A DNA stretch of 64,000 nt, from positions 32,001-96,000 of the forward strand of contig JBJMOW010000004.1 of assembly GCA_045803545.1 (NCBI GenBank), written 5' to 3'. The position numbers and the translations under genes were made by a program. Source of the DNA: Gemmatimonadaceae bacterium (GTDB taxonomy: Bacteria; Gemmatimonadota; Gemmatimonadetes; Gemmatimonadales; Gemmatimonadaceae). Shown in pieces: positions 1 to 10,499 of the stretch. The number at the start of each line of letters is the position of its first letter. The stretch's first letter is position 1. A model generated the notes under the pieces. That model ran no database searches. It was given only the letters and a program-made list of their open reading frames with translations, and was not told where the DNA came from.

Positions 1-7
1 GCCTGGC

Positions 8-1453
8 TCAATTCCCCAGCCACCCGCCGGTGAAGCCAGCTTTCTTCAGTCCGGCGACGATGTAGGGATTCTTCCGCATCGTCTTCCAGATCAGATCCGA
101 TCGATAATTCTCGATCATTGCCACGATCGGCCCTTGATCGATACCGAGGTAGTCGGTGTCGAACCAGCCAACGCCCGGCACAATGCGGCCATACCTGGAT
201 TGACCGCTGACGAGCGTTGGATTGAAATCGTCGACGAATCCATAAGGCCCAAACAGGTTGTCGCCGTACTTCTCCCGCATCGCGATCAATGCGGGTATCG
301 TCAACTCCGGTGCAAAGGCAACTGATCCGCCGGCAGCCGTCGGGGCAATCGTTCCGTCATCCTCGATCCCGTCCGCTGCCGCGCCGCGCGCGCGATATGT
401 AAAGAATTGTCGTGTGCGACCGCCGACGACGAAGGTCGTATCGAAGGGTCCGTCGCCCGCCGTCAGACCCCAGACGTTCGCTCCATAACCATTCCACTTA
501 CCCGGGTTGTCGATCGCGTACGACCGCTGCGAGATCGTCGCTCGGCGAGAGTTCTCGAAGTAGTCGATTCCCTTTCCGCGCATGTACGCGTCCTGGATTC
601 CACGGAACTCGATCCAGATGTGCGAGTACTGATGCCCGAACAGCGGCGGGAAGTTCACGTGCGTCTGGCCGTAGAAATCAGCCCACTTATACGTCTCCGT
701 CCATCCGGCCCACGCTGCTGGATCGATTGGGTGTGTCGGGGAGCCGAGTGCAAGCACGTACACAATCATGCCTTCGTCGTATCCGCGCCAGTCGGCGGGA
801 ATCCAACCGTCCTCCGGCTTCCATCCCATACTGACATATGGGGACGTGTGAATTGCCCACTGCCAGTCGACCCGCAGGTAAAGCGAATCCGCATAAGCTC
901 GAACCGCGCTTTCGACCGGATCGCTCCCTGTGTAGTACGACTGACAGAACAAGACGCCGCCGAGCAGCAGAGACGTGTCGATTGTGGAGAGCTCGACCTG
1001 CTCGAATCGGTAACCGGTTTGCATGTCGAGAAAGTGATAGAAAAATCCTTTGTAGCTGGTGACGTTGCTGGCCTGCGCGCCCTGCGGAGCATTGTACATG
1101 AAGCGCAGGGTGTTCAGCGTGCGCTGCGCTGCATCCGCGCGCGAGATGTAGCCGCGTTCGACCCCGACGGGATAAGCTGTCAACGCAAAGCCAACCGCCG
1201 CCACGCTCGAGAAACTCTTTGTTGGCCAGCGATCGGGCGTTAGTCCGTTGTTTGGATCCGACCGCTCCCAGAACCAGTTGAAGGTTCGGCGTTGCAGCGT
1301 GTCGAGGAACGCAGCCTGCCTCGACGAAAGTCTCGAAGGCGGCAGCGAACCGCTCGCACCGCTGATGCCAGTGATCGATGTCGCCGACGTACATGCCGAC
1401 GCGATCGTCGCAGCGACGAGAAGCCAACCGCGCCAACGTGGGAGCGCTCGCAT
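8..1453 (-). CDS. Glucoamylase-family / GH144-like endo-beta-1,2-glucanase lipoprotein
   Basis: Motifs ELSTIDTSLL, PPLFGHQYSH and GIDQGPI. ATG at 1453 has a GGAGGA RBS and is followed by a signal peptide with lipobox (ASAC). The ORF track starts at 1567. Confidence 0.8.
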   Translation of the reverse strand: MRALPRWRGWLLVAATIASACTSATSITGISGASGSLPPSRLSSRQAAFLDTLQRRTFNWFWERSDPNNGLTPDRWPTKSFSSVAAVGFALTAYPVGVERGYISRADAAQRTLNTLRFMYNAPQGAQASNVTSYKGFFYHFLDMQTGYRFEQVELSTIDTSLLLGGVLFCQSYYTGSDPVESAVRAYADSLYLRVDWQWAIHTSPYVSMGWKPEDGWIPADWRGYDEGMIVYVLALGSPTHPIDPAAWAGWTETYKWADFYGQTHVNFPPLFGHQYSHIWIEFRGIQDAYMRGKGIDYFENSRRATISQRSYAIDNPGKWNGYGANVWGLTAGDGPFDTTFVVGGRTRQFFTYRARGAAADGIEDDGTIAPTAAGGSVAFAPELTIPALIAMREKYGDNLFGPYGFVDDFNPTLVSGQSRYGRIVPGVGWFDTDYLGIDQGPIVAMIENYRSDLIWKTMRKNPYIVAGLKKAGFTGGWLGN

Positions 1454-1588
1454 ATTCCTCCGGCATTCCACCGGGTTGTCCGGATTGCCCGGGTTGTTGT
1501 GCAAGATTTTCACCTGAAAAGAAACCGGCGCTGACTGCGTCTCCGCAACCAGCGCCGGCTCACTCATTCAGTCAAGCCTTCGCGTCGA

Positions 1589-4585
1589 TCAGAAGTTGAT
1601 CTCTGCGCCGAGCTGATACCTGCGTGCATCGGTAGCTACATCGCGTGCGTTGCCAAACGTGGCGACAGGCTGGCCATTCGCCTGCAGGCCCGTGTCGTAG
1701 TTGGTGAGGTTGACATGGTTCAGCGCGTTGAAGACGTCCAACGTCAGACCGATCCGCGCCGCCGTTCTTCCGAACTGAGGCAGGTCTTTGCGAAGACGCA
1801 TGTCCAGATTCTGATACGGGAATGTTCCGGGAACCGTAAAGCCGCTCCGCTGGAAGACAGGGCAGAACCGCTGACAGCCAGCGTCAAGCGTATACTTCCC
1901 GCCCAACGTCAGCAGTCCCGACCACTCGATTCCATACAACCACGGCATGTAGGTAATCCAGTTGCCGACGATGCGATGCCTCTCGTTGTTCGGTGCCGCG
2001 TGCTTCTTGATCGTGAAAGCCTGCGGAAACGCAAAGGTGTCACCCAGGTTGTCTTCGCCCTGCAGATAACGCGTCGCGTAGGTGTACGTCAGGCCTACAC
2101 CCCAGGCAAACACATCCATGTCCGGACGGCTGTAAACCTTCTCCAGTTGTAGGGTTACGGCGTCGTACCACGTCTTCACGTCGTTGCTGGAATAAATCAC
2201 CGACGAGATTCCGTGCGCTCCCCAGTTGAACGGGAAGTTGCAGCAGGTTCCGTTGTTATTCAGTCCACCCGCAGCCACCTGCCAGGTAAACTGGTCGGTG
2301 CCGCGCTGCGCACCGTACGTGAGCGTTCCCGCGAACTCGCCGAACAGCTGGCGCAGACCCACGCTCCATTGAGTGGTCTTCGGAACCTTGAGGTTGTTGT
2401 TCATCAACCAGAGCTCGCGCGTGCCGAACTGCGACACCAACGCATCGAGCGCGACCGTGTCGGCGGTCAGATAAGAATTCTGCCAAGCCACCTGACCGGG
2501 GACCGGCGTCGCGCCCTGCGGCGCGAAATTAATCGTGTAGGTCGGATTTGAGATCTTGAGCTTTTCATCGACCGCCACGTCGAACGGTACGCGATCGTAA
2601 TACAAGCCCCAGCTCGCGAACACCGTCGTACGGTACGCGTCGTCGATTCCGTACGAGAATCCGACACGCGGTTGGAACGCCTTTTTGAAAGGTTTGCGAT
2701 TGTCTCCAGTCGCGATGTACTGATTGAGATCGAGTGGCACGAACAAGTTCACCCCGGAAGGCGAATTGGGATTCGGCTGGTTCATATAGAGCCGCAGCGT
2801 GTCGAGATAAGCAATTCGACCCGTGTTCGGCGTCACGTAACCCGTGTTGAGCATGTTGCTCTCGTAATCCCAGCGAATGCCGAGGTTGAGTATCAACCTT
2901 TTGACCGGAGTCCAATCATCCTGGAGATACGTACCGATCTGATTGTTGTTCTCCTTCATGAACGGATCGCCGCTACCAAATCTCAGCTCAAACGGTACGG
3001 CAAAGTTGTAGGTCTGGTTGCCGTTGCCGGTGTTCGCGGTTTGCGCATAGTGGAACTGCGGTACGAAATCGTTTCGCTTGTCGATGTCGTACGTGTCATG
3101 ATTGAAGTTCAGGCCGCCCTTGAAAACGTGCTCGCCGAGCCACTCGAAGTTGGTGAACGTCACGTCGTCGCGGAAGCCAATGCGCTTCTGGATGTATTCC
3201 TGGATCGACGCTGCCGATCCAATCACGTAGTCCGTTCCGTTGACTGTGTAAAGGCGACGGGGCTGGCCCAATTCATTCGGGCTGAAGCCCCGATGGAAAT
3301 TCGAGAAATCAATCTTCGCTTCATTCAACCACGGGCCGGTAAAAAAGTTGTGTTTCGCTTGTACGACAGTATTGTAGTTGTGAAAATTCACCGCGGCGGC
3401 GGAAGCAGTAGCCCCGCCAAAGTCTCTGATGTCAGTTTCATGTCGATTGTTGAAACTGATTTCAGCCGACTGAGTGTTGCTGATATCCGCGTTGACTTTG
3501 CCGAACCAGAGATTCTCGCGGAACGGTGAAGCTGCATTGCCAGTGTACTGGGGAAGATTCACCGTGTCGAGCGCGGGGAAGCCCGCCGGTGGGGCAGCGA
3601 TGTTCACAAAGTTGAACCGGTTCTGATAATTCCCCTCGTAAGAGCCGAAGAAATGCAGCTTGTCCCTTACGATCGGGCCGCCAATGCTGAAGCCGGCAAG
3701 CGTGCGACGATAATCCGGCTTCGGTGTGTTGTTCGCGCGCTGGAAGCTGTCGAGTTGCACCATGCTTTTATTCTGGAAGGCGTAAAGCGCCTGGCCCGCC
3801 CAGGTATTCCCACCTGATTTTGTCTGCGCAGTGATGACAGCACTCGCCGCGTTCTGGTACTCTGCCTTGAAGTTCTGCGATATCACGCGGTACTCCTGCA
3901 CGGCATTCCGCGGAAATGGGTTTCCGCGACTCGCGTCCTGACCCGACACACCACCTTGGGTCAGCTCGTTTTTGTAGCTGGTGCCGTCGATGAAAAGATT
4001 CACGGCCGACGGAGGCTGACCACCCGCCGTTACCGTTCGGAACTGTCCGTTAACGCGATCTTCTGTCACCTGAACGCCCGGCGCCAGCTGTGCGAGATCC
4101 AGGAAATTTCTGCTCGGCGTGGGAAGCTGGTTGATCTGCGCCTGCGTGATGTTCGTCGCAACTTCAGAGGTGCGCGTCTCGACACCTGATGCGGCGGTTA
4201 CTACCTGAGTCTCGAGGACAGCGGCCTGGGCTGTCAGCGAGAAGTCCTGTGCCTGCATCGCGCCGATTTGTACGACGATCCTGCGGCTCTCAGGCGCGCT
4301 GCCGATTCTGCGAACGTTGACGTCGTAAGTACCCGGCGGAAGCCCTACCAGCGCGTACGCCCCGGCCTCGTTGGAGAGCGCCGTCCGCGTCGCCCCGGTG
4401 CTGATGTTCCGCGCGACAATTTGCGCGCTCACAATCGGCGCACCTCCGGCACCTGTAACTGTTCCACGGATCGTGCCCGTTGTGTTCTGCGCCGAAACGT
4501 TCACCCCGATGAGGCTGGCCAGCAGTCCGACTACTGCAAGCGCTCGAGTCAAAAAGTGAGAATTCCACAGCTGAAAGTGTTTCAT
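1589..4585 (-). CDS. TonB-dependent outer-membrane receptor with N-terminal carboxypeptidase-regulatory-like domain
   Basis: 998 aa with signal peptide, [12 protein letters not shown]-domain, plug motif [28 protein letters not shown] and C-terminal Phe. Confidence 0.9.
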   Translation of the reverse strand: MKHFQLWNSHFLTRALAVVGLLASLIGVNVSAQNTTGTIRGTVTGAGGAPIVSAQIVARNISTGATRTALSNEAGAYALVGLPPGTYDVNVRRIGSAPESRRIVVQIGAMQAQDFSLTAQAAVLETQVVTAASGVETRTSEVATNITQAQINQLPTPSRNFLDLAQLAPGVQVTEDRVNGQFRTVTAGGQPPSAVNLFIDGTSYKNELTQGGVSGQDASRGNPFPRNAVQEYRVISQNFKAEYQNAASAVITAQTKSGGNTWAGQALYAFQNKSMVQLDSFQRANNTPKPDYRRTLAGFSIGGPIVRDKLHFFGSYEGNYQNRFNFVNIAAPPAGFPALDTVNLPQYTGNAASPFRENLWFGKVNADISNTQSAEISFNNRHETDIRDFGGATASAAAVNFHNYNTVVQAKHNFFTGPWLNEAKIDFSNFHRGFSPNELGQPRRLYTVNGTDYVIGSAASIQEYIQKRIGFRDDVTFTNFEWLGEHVFKGGLNFNHDTYDIDKRNDFVPQFHYAQTANTGNGNQTYNFAVPFELRFGSGDPFMKENNNQIGTYLQDDWTPVKRLILNLGIRWDYESNMLNTGYVTPNTGRIAYLDTLRLYMNQPNPNSPSGVNLFVPLDLNQYIATGDNRKPFKKAFQPRVGFSYGIDDAYRTTVFASWGLYYDRVPFDVAVDEKLKISNPTYTINFAPQGATPVPGQVAWQNSYLTADTVALDALVSQFGTRELWLMNNNLKVPKTTQWSVGLRQLFGEFAGTLTYGAQRGTDQFTWQVAAGGLNNNGTCCNFPFNWGAHGISSVIYSSNDVKTWYDAVTLQLEKVYSRPDMDVFAWGVGLTYTYATRYLQGEDNLGDTFAFPQAFTIKKHAAPNNERHRIVGNWITYMPWLYGIEWSGLLTLGGKYTLDAGCQRFCPVFQRSGFTVPGTFPYQNLDMRLRKDLPQFGRTAARIGLTLDVFNALNHVNLTNYDTGLQANGQPVATFGNARDVATDARRYQLGAEINF

Positions 4586-4642
4586 CTACATCTCCATTTT
4601 GTTGTTGTTGCCAAAGCGACTGCATCTGACGAAAAGTTCTGT

Positions 4643-5698
4643 CTATACGACTGGACTGAATCCTCTGTTAACGGTTGATGGAGGCGGCCGCTCCGCTGGC
4701 GCTTCCTCCGCGCCGGTCGAGCGCCGGATGACGAGTTGGGTCGACACGCGCTCTCGGCGACGCGCGTGATCGTTTTTGTGGGTGATGCCGTGCAGCAAAA
4801 GATCGACGGCGCGGGCGCCGAGCTCACAGATCGGAACGTGAACGGAGGAAAGCGGCGGATCCATGTAACGCGCCAGCGGAATGTCGTCGAAGCCCGCGAC
4901 GCCCATCTCCTCCGGCACCGCGACACCTGATTCCTTGAGCGCGCTCAGCGCGCCGATCGCCATCGAGTCGTTGGCGGCGAAGATCGCCGTCGGACGATCC
5001 CGCAGATCGAGCAGCTTGAGCGCCGCGCTGTAGCCGGCGGCTTCAGTGAAGTCACCATCGAGCTCCAGCGAGGAATCGCGCTCAACGCCGGCTTCCTTCA
5101 ACGCCAGCCGATACCCGCGCAATCTCTCCGCCGCGTCGTAGTTGCGCGCCGCCCCCTTGATGATCGCAATGCGACGGTGGCCGCGCTCGATCAGGTGCGC
5201 GACCATCTCACGCGCACCGCGACAATTTTGGATTGTCAGAGAATCGACCTCGTCGCCCTGCGGCACCGAGCACAACAAAACCACCGGAATCGTGCTGGGA
5301 AGATTGAGCAGCGCATCCGCGTCGAGATCGGGCGACATCGCGACGACACCGTCCACGCGACCGCGCATCGCGCGGATCGCCGTCTCGATGCCATGCCTGT
5401 CAGCGTAGGCGCGGGAGATCAGCAAGTGAAATCCGTTCTTCTGCGCGGTGTCGTCCATGCCGCGAATGACTTCCGAGAAGAATTCGCCATATAGATCCGG
5501 TAGCAGCACTCCCAGCGTTTGGGTCTTGCTCGTGATCAGGCTTCGTGCGCCACTGTGCGGGACGTAACGCATCCTGCCCGCGATCTCACGAATGAGTCGC
5601 TTCGTCTCATCGCTTACGGGTCCGCTGCCGTTGAGAACTCTGGAGACGGTGGCAACCGACACGTTTGCTTCGCGGGCTACGTCCTTGATCGTGACCAT
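4643..5698 (-). CDS. LacI-family transcriptional regulator
   Basis: TIKDVAREANVSVATVSRVLN HTH; sugar-binding domain with ANDSMAIG and GFDDI. Confidence 0.95.
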   Translation of the reverse strand: MVTIKDVAREANVSVATVSRVLNGSGPVSDETKRLIREIAGRMRYVPHSGARSLITSKTQTLGVLLPDLYGEFFSEVIRGMDDTAQKNGFHLLISRAYADRHGIETAIRAMRGRVDGVVAMSPDLDADALLNLPSTIPVVLLCSVPQGDEVDSLTIQNCRGAREMVAHLIERGHRRIAIIKGAARNYDAAERLRGYRLALKEAGVERDSSLELDGDFTEAAGYSAALKLLDLRDRPTAIFAANDSMAIGALSALKESGVAVPEEMGVAGFDDIPLARYMDPPLSSVHVPICELGARAVDLLLHGITHKNDHARRRERVSTQLVIRRSTGAEEAPAERPPPSTVNRGFSPVV

Positions 5699-5728
5699 GC
5701 TCCCCGCGGGTGGGCTGATATCGCAAAA

Positions 5729-5744
5729 ATGTAAACGATTACAT
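5729..5744. promoter_or_regulatory. Candidate LacI-family operator
   Basis: Palindrome ATGTAA-ACGA-TTACAT 30 bp upstream of the lacI-like start; fits the TGWAAnCGnTTWCA pattern of LacI operators. Confidence 0.65.
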
Positions 5745-5778
5745 AGAGGGCGCTAGGGTCTTTTGCTACCTTTGGCGG

Positions 5779-7062
5779 GTGACTATCCGAAACGTTGTTC
5801 TAGTCCTGACAGCTTTAACCGCACTAACGACTACCGGCTGCCGCGAGTCGGCCGCTGCCTTCGGCCCCAACCTTCCGCTCGCCCGCCAGAACGCCGAAGA
5901 ATTCTTTTACTCGGTCGGGTCTCGTTTCACCAACATCCAGCGACCGCAACGAATACTTCGCGCCCGCGCGCAGTTCGGCCACTACGCACTCACTCCGTCG
6001 GGCATCTATAACGACACCAGCATCTGGCTGTCGATCGGCCCGGACAGCGCGCGATTGTTCGGCGACGAGGGACATTTTTCCGTCGATCGCTACGTCGTCA
6101 ACACTGCGCTCTCCAACGAGTCGCCCGACCAGCTAACCGAATCGCGCGAGATCGTGCGGCTCAGAAAATTGAGCAGCAACGACTACGAGTGGTTCACCAA
6201 CGTCGAGGTCGCCATCGGCAGAATCGGCGCAAAAAGTATCGCCGACGTCATTGCTGCATCGCTTGCCGCCGGCGAAGGCAAATCGCCCACCGCAATTCGC
6301 GCAAATTACAACGCCGCATTTCCGCATGCCGCCGCCGCACTGGGCCGGCTTTTCACGCTCGACACCATTAGCACCACCGCCGACAGCGAAGGCGCCACCA
6401 CCTTCGAGCTCGCGATCAAGCTGGCGCCGAACATCCTAAAGGAGACGATGCCGCACTACGCGGCGTACATCGACAAATACATCAGCAAAGGCAAATATCG
6501 GATCACGCTGACCGATCAAACCGGCGCGCACTGGTTCGACGCCTGGGCCGCCAATTACTACATGCACTTCAGGATGCGCAGCAAGAACGGCCACTTCGCC
6601 CCACTCGAGGGAGGTGTGCGTCCGATGCCGCCGTCACTCACCATCCATCTCGACATGTCGATGAAGATCCTGCTCTTCACGGTCGGCTGGTCCGAGATGA
6701 TGGGAGACTTCGACATCATCGATACTCCGCACGAGCGCGGTTGGTCGATGCGCTTCAACAAGGAGCCCGACTGGCACCTGCCGCCCGCCGTCGGCGCCCT
6801 GCTTAGATCTCCGCTCCGCCGCCCGTTCCAGGGTCAGGGCATCCCGGTACGAATCTCGGTACGCGACAACCCCGGCTCCCAAAGCATCCTCAATCGACGC
6901 GGATCGCTGGTGGTTCAGGAGAGTGGCGTCCTCCGCTTCCTCAACCGTCTTAGCGGCACCGCCGTTGGAGATTTTCTCGGTCCATCAGAGCGCGAGGCCA
7001 ATCGGTTCAACGCCGATGCTTTTCGAGCACTTAGGGCGGACGTCGCCGATGTCCTTAAATAG
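5779..7062 (+). CDS. Hypothetical lipoprotein
   Basis: 427 aa ORF with signal peptide and TTGC lipobox; no recognised domain. Confidence 0.75.
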   Translation: MTIRNVVLVLTALTALTTTGCRESAAAFGPNLPLARQNAEEFFYSVGSRFTNIQRPQRILRARAQFGHYALTPSGIYNDTSIWLSIGPDSARLFGDEGHFSVDRYVVNTALSNESPDQLTESREIVRLRKLSSNDYEWFTNVEVAIGRIGAKSIADVIAASLAAGEGKSPTAIRANYNAAFPHAAAALGRLFTLDTISTTADSEGATTFELAIKLAPNILKETMPHYAAYIDKYISKGKYRITLTDQTGAHWFDAWAANYYMHFRMRSKNGHFAPLEGGVRPMPPSLTIHLDMSMKILLFTVGWSEMMGDFDIIDTPHERGWSMRFNKEPDWHLPPAVGALLRSPLRRPFQGQGIPVRISVRDNPGSQSILNRRGSLVVQESGVLRFLNRLSGTAVGDFLGPSEREANRFNADAFRALRADVADVLK

Positions 7063-7100
7063 TGCTCTTAACATTCGTTTCGCTTCGTCTATACCTACAA

Positions 7101-7238
7101 AACTAAAGTCGGCAGTCCGCAGTTAACTGTCTGGAGTTGGGAGTTGTGCTACACGCGTTCGCAGCGTCGATCGCCTCGGACGCGTGAATGAGAACTGCGA
7201 ACTGCCAGCTGTGAGTCTGCAGACTGCCGACTTCAGTT
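7101..7238. repeat. ~140-bp palindromic MITE/REP-like element (family A, copy 1)
   Basis: Ends AACTAAAGTCGGCAGTCCGCAG and CTGCAGACTGCCGACTTCAGTT are inverted repeats (20/22). Confidence 0.8.
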
Positions 7239-7362
7239 GAAGAATGGCCAGCGCTCAATGGAGACCCAACCAAAGAGGAGTAAGCTCAGCAGTAGGAGCG
7301 GGTTTGTGACGTCTCGCCCATTGCTCGCGTCAAAAACTGCATCCATTAGTGGGCGAGTGGGC

Positions 7363-7815
7363 ATGATCGAAACTGAGCAGGCTACAGCGACTGAGCAGGA
7401 TCCAACGATCACCGCGACCGATAATCTCGCGATCGCGCGACGCTACCTCGAAGTAATCGAGGGTGGCGCCGAGCGCGGGGCTTTGGCGGAGTTCTTCACC
7501 AAGGACGTCGTTCAGGAAGAATTCCCGAATCGGTTATCGCCAATCGGCCAGCACCGCAATCTGCAGGCGCTGCTCGACGCCGCCCGTAAGGGCAAGAAGA
7601 TCATTAGTCATCAGAAATACGACGTACTGAACGCGATCGCCGATGGCGACCGCGTCGCAATGGAAGTGTTCTGGAGCGGGCTGCTCGCGATTCCGCTCGA
7701 GGGCCTGCCTGCAAATTCCCAGCTCCGCGCGCACGTCTCGATTCACTTCGAGTTCCGCGACGGGAAGATCTGCCGCCAGCATAACTACGATTGCTTCGAT
7801 CCCTGGTGGGTATAA
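7363..7815 (+). CDS. SnoaL/NTF2-like protein
   Basis: IADGDRVAME..FEFRDGKI..QHNYD pattern; ATG at 7363 preferred over 7237. Confidence 0.85.
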   Translation: MIETEQATATEQDPTITATDNLAIARRYLEVIEGGAERGALAEFFTKDVVQEEFPNRLSPIGQHRNLQALLDAARKGKKIISHQKYDVLNAIADGDRVAMEVFWSGLLAIPLEGLPANSQLRAHVSIHFEFRDGKICRQHNYDCFDPWWV

Positions 7816-7859
7816 CCCGTGAATTCGGGATCTCGAACGCTGACGCCTTAGATCGCGAC

Positions 7860-7996
7860 AACTGAAGTCGGCAGTTCGCAGAAGCAGAGAACTCAGCTCG
7901 CAGTTTTCAAACACGCATTTGCAGCGAGGCGCGCTTCGAATGCTTTTATGACGACGCGAACTCCAGACAGTCAACTGCAGACTGCCGACTTTAGTT
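7860..7996. repeat. ~140-bp palindromic MITE/REP-like element (family A, copy 2, inverted relative to copy 1)
   Basis: AACTGAAGTCGGCAG...CTGCCGACTTTAGTT. 7959-8002 is the reverse complement of 7095-7138 at 42/44. Confidence 0.8.
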
Positions 7997-8121
7997 TTGT
8001 AGACTGCCGATTTTAGTTTTATGGGGCGCAATCGCGCCCTAAGCCTTTGAATTCGCCTTAAGCAGGGCATGCTTCCTGCCCGATTTCCGTGCGGCATCAA
8101 CGATGTCTTCACGGAGGATCG

Positions 8122-8406
8122 ATGGCTAATCCAGGCGACAACCCCAACTTCTCCGACGTCGGCGGCTCGAACTCATCGACCAGCGGCGCGGCAGATTTCT
8201 CCGACGTCAACGCCGGCGGCTCCACAACGGCCGCGACCGGCGGTCAGACATACACCGTAAAAGCGGGAGATAGTCTCAGCAAAATCGCCAAGCACTTTTA
8301 CGGCAGTGCATCGAAGTGGAAGAAGATCCACGCAGCGAATGCCGACAAAATTCCCAATCCGGACCTCATACACCCCGGACTGCAACTCACTATTCCCGAA
8401 GCCTGA
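8122..8406 (+). CDS. LysM peptidoglycan-binding domain protein
   Basis: YTVKAGDSLSKIAKHFYG...NPDLIHPG; GGAGG RBS before ATG 8122. Confidence 0.9.
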   Translation: MANPGDNPNFSDVGGSNSSTSGAADFSDVNAGGSTTAATGGQTYTVKAGDSLSKIAKHFYGSASKWKKIHAANADKIPNPDLIHPGLQLTIPEA

Positions 8407-8417
8407 GGCGGATTTCA

Positions 8418-8894
8418 ATGCGCACCAAAACTCGCGCTGCGGCGCTAACGAGTTCGCTGATTTTCTTTGCCGCGCTGGCTGCATGCGGAAAAAAGGATCA
8501 AGGGCAAGTGGTTGATACGACTGCTGTCGGGACGCAAACGGCGTCCGTCGCCGTCGATACGACGCCGATCAAGGTCAGCGACATTCAGGTTGGCAAGGGC
8601 ATCGGCACCGACAAGAAGGTCGCGAATCAGACGACGGACTTTGGCGTTCGCGACACCATGTATGTGGCCGTGCTAACCGACGGCGCCGCCAAGGACGCGA
8701 AGGTCACAGCCAAGTGGACCTTCAACGGCAACCAGGTCGTCAAGCAAGACAGTCAAACCATTTCGCCGACCGGTGGTGAGAACGTCACTGAATTCCATAT
8801 CGACAAGAAGACGGCGTGGCCGAAGGGCAAGTACACCGTCGAAGTATTGCTCAACGGAGTATCTGCAGGAACGAAAGATCTCGAAGTGAAATAG
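8418..8894 (+). CDS. Hypothetical lipoprotein
   Basis: Signal peptide with LAAC lipobox; beta-rich C-terminus WPKGKYTVEV. Confidence 0.8.
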   Translation: MRTKTRAAALTSSLIFFAALAACGKKDQGQVVDTTAVGTQTASVAVDTTPIKVSDIQVGKGIGTDKKVANQTTDFGVRDTMYVAVLTDGAAKDAKVTAKWTFNGNQVVKQDSQTISPTGGENVTEFHIDKKTAWPKGKYTVEVLLNGVSAGTKDLEVK

Positions 8895-8951
8895 GGCGCT
8901 TGCGGCTGCGTGCTATCTCTCAGCTGCCGGCTTTGGATATGGAAAACAAAA

Positions 8952-8979
8952 ACGCCGCGATCTCGTAAGATCGCGGCGT
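8952..8979 (-). terminator. Rho-independent terminator downstream of tRNA-Ala
   Basis: 12-bp stem ACGCCGCGATCT/AGATCGCGGCGT followed on the minus strand by TTTTGTTTT. Confidence 0.7.
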
Positions 8980-9078
8980 ATCTATTTTGGCGGTAACCCG
9001 CCGAATCGTGCCACGCGCGCCGTCATTGGAACATCATGTCCTACCGATCGGCGGCGGGCAGCTTTCAAATTTTCGCAG

Positions 9079-9151
9079 TGGAGCTGAGGGGGATCGAACC
9101 CCTGACCTCTGCAGTGCGATTGCAGCGCTCTCCCAGCTGAGCTACAGCCCC
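9079..9151 (-). tRNA. tRNA-Ala (anticodon CGC)
   Basis: GGGGCTGTAGCTCAGCTGGGAGAGCG-CTGCA-ATCGCAC-TGCAG-AGGTCAGGGGTTCGATCCCCCTCAGCTCCA; G3.U70 Ala identity pair; CCA not encoded. Confidence 0.95.
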
Positions 9152-9423
9152 GCGATGACGCGACAGACTATCCTCGAACCAGGTCGAGCCGATCCGTCGC
9201 ACCGGATCAAAGCAAAAGCCCCGCGAGTGTTCGGCGGGGCCGCTCTTGACTGAAGCTAGCGGATCCACCTCCAAAGTCAATACCGAAATTCAGTATCGGC
9301 CCTGTAACTCTTTGGCCGGCCTCACGATACCGACGCCGAACCGAGGTATGGACGACTGCTCCGACGTATGGTAACACGTGCATCCTCGGATCTCGGAACC
9401 AAAGCGTCAGGTCTCATAACCAG

Positions 9424-10431
9424 CTATCCAGCGAGCGTCTCCCACCCCAACACGGGCAACACGTCTCCGCTGATGTAGCTCGAGTCGATATTCGAGGCCA
9501 GGAACACGTAAGCCGGTGCGAGCTCCTCGGGTTGCGCTGGTCGGCCGATCTCGACGTCGGCGCCGAACTTTGGCACCTCTTCCGCTGGCTTCGCCTGCGT
9601 ATTGAGTGGAGTCCAGACCGGGCCCGGCGCCACTGCGTTCACCCGTATCCCCTTCTCGACGAGATTTTGCGCCAGCGATTTCGTGAAAGCGTGAATCGCG
9701 CCCTTCGTCGCTGAATAATCGAGAAGTGTCTTCTCGCCCTCGAGTCCGGTGATGGAGCCGGTGTTGATGATGCACGATCCCTTTTTCATTTTGGGAATCG
9801 CCGCCTTCGCCAGCCAGAAGTACGCGTAGAAGTTCGTGCGGAATGTGCGATCGAGTTGCTCGAAGTCGATCTCGTCAATTGACTCACGATTCTTCTGAAA
9901 CGCAGCGTTGTTCACGAGGATGTCGATCGCGCCGAGCTCGTTGACGGTCGTTTCGATGCACTCCTCGCAATAATCGAGATCGGTTACGTCGCCCGGCAAC
10001 AGCAGCGCGCGCCTTCCCTCGGCCTCGATCGCGTGTCGCGTCTCTTCGGCGTCGCTTTCTTCCTCGGCCAGAAACATGATCGCGACGTCGGCGCCTTCGC
10101 GCGCGAACAGCGTCGCAACCGCCCGCCCGATTCCGGAATCACCCCCCGATATCAACGCGACTTTGCCTTTCAACTTATCGGAGCCCTTGTAGAGCGGAGC
10201 CTTGTACTGCGGCCGAGGCCGCAGTTTCGCCTCTAGCCCCGGATATTCCTGATGCTGCTTCGGCAAGGGCGGCTTCGGATGCGCCTCGATTCGCCGCAAT
10301 TCCTTCTCGCGCGTAATCCCCGTTCGCCGACTTCCGTTCCCATTCACATTTCGGCGGGCCGCGCTGGCTTTCTTCGACTGCGTCGCAGTCGTCGATTTTC
10401 TGGTTGTCCTCGATGCCATCTCTCTGCTCAC
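9424..10431 (-). CDS. SDR-family oxidoreductase (general stress protein type)
   Basis: SGGDSGIGRA, NNAAFQ, YSATKG and PGPVWT motifs. Confidence 0.92.
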   Translation of the reverse strand: MSREMASRTTRKSTTATQSKKASAARRNVNGNGSRRTGITREKELRRIEAHPKPPLPKQHQEYPGLEAKLRPRPQYKAPLYKGSDKLKGKVALISGGDSGIGRAVATLFAREGADVAIMFLAEEESDAEETRHAIEAEGRRALLLPGDVTDLDYCEECIETTVNELGAIDILVNNAAFQKNRESIDEIDFEQLDRTFRTNFYAYFWLAKAAIPKMKKGSCIINTGSITGLEGEKTLLDYSATKGAIHAFTKSLAQNLVEKGIRVNAVAPGPVWTPLNTQAKPAEEVPKFGADVEIGRPAQPEELAPAYVFLASNIDSSYISGDVLPVLGWETLAG

Positions 10432-10455
10432 ATCAATCAGTTCACGAGATGCATT

Positions 10456-10471
10456 AGCAAACGCCGTTCCC
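10456..10471 (-). promoter_or_regulatory. Candidate sigma54 (-24/-12) promoter for the SDR gene
   Basis: Minus strand GGGAACG-GCGT-TTGCT with GG-N10-GC spacing, ~25 bp upstream of the ORF. Confidence 0.4.
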
Positions 10472-10499
10472 CCTAATGGTATAACGATCGGCTCTCTCT

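Noticed and set aside
9079..9151. tRNA-Ala as an island integration site
   Set aside because: No duplicated tRNA 3' end or integrase was seen nearby, and the casposon TSD is unrelated to this tRNA.
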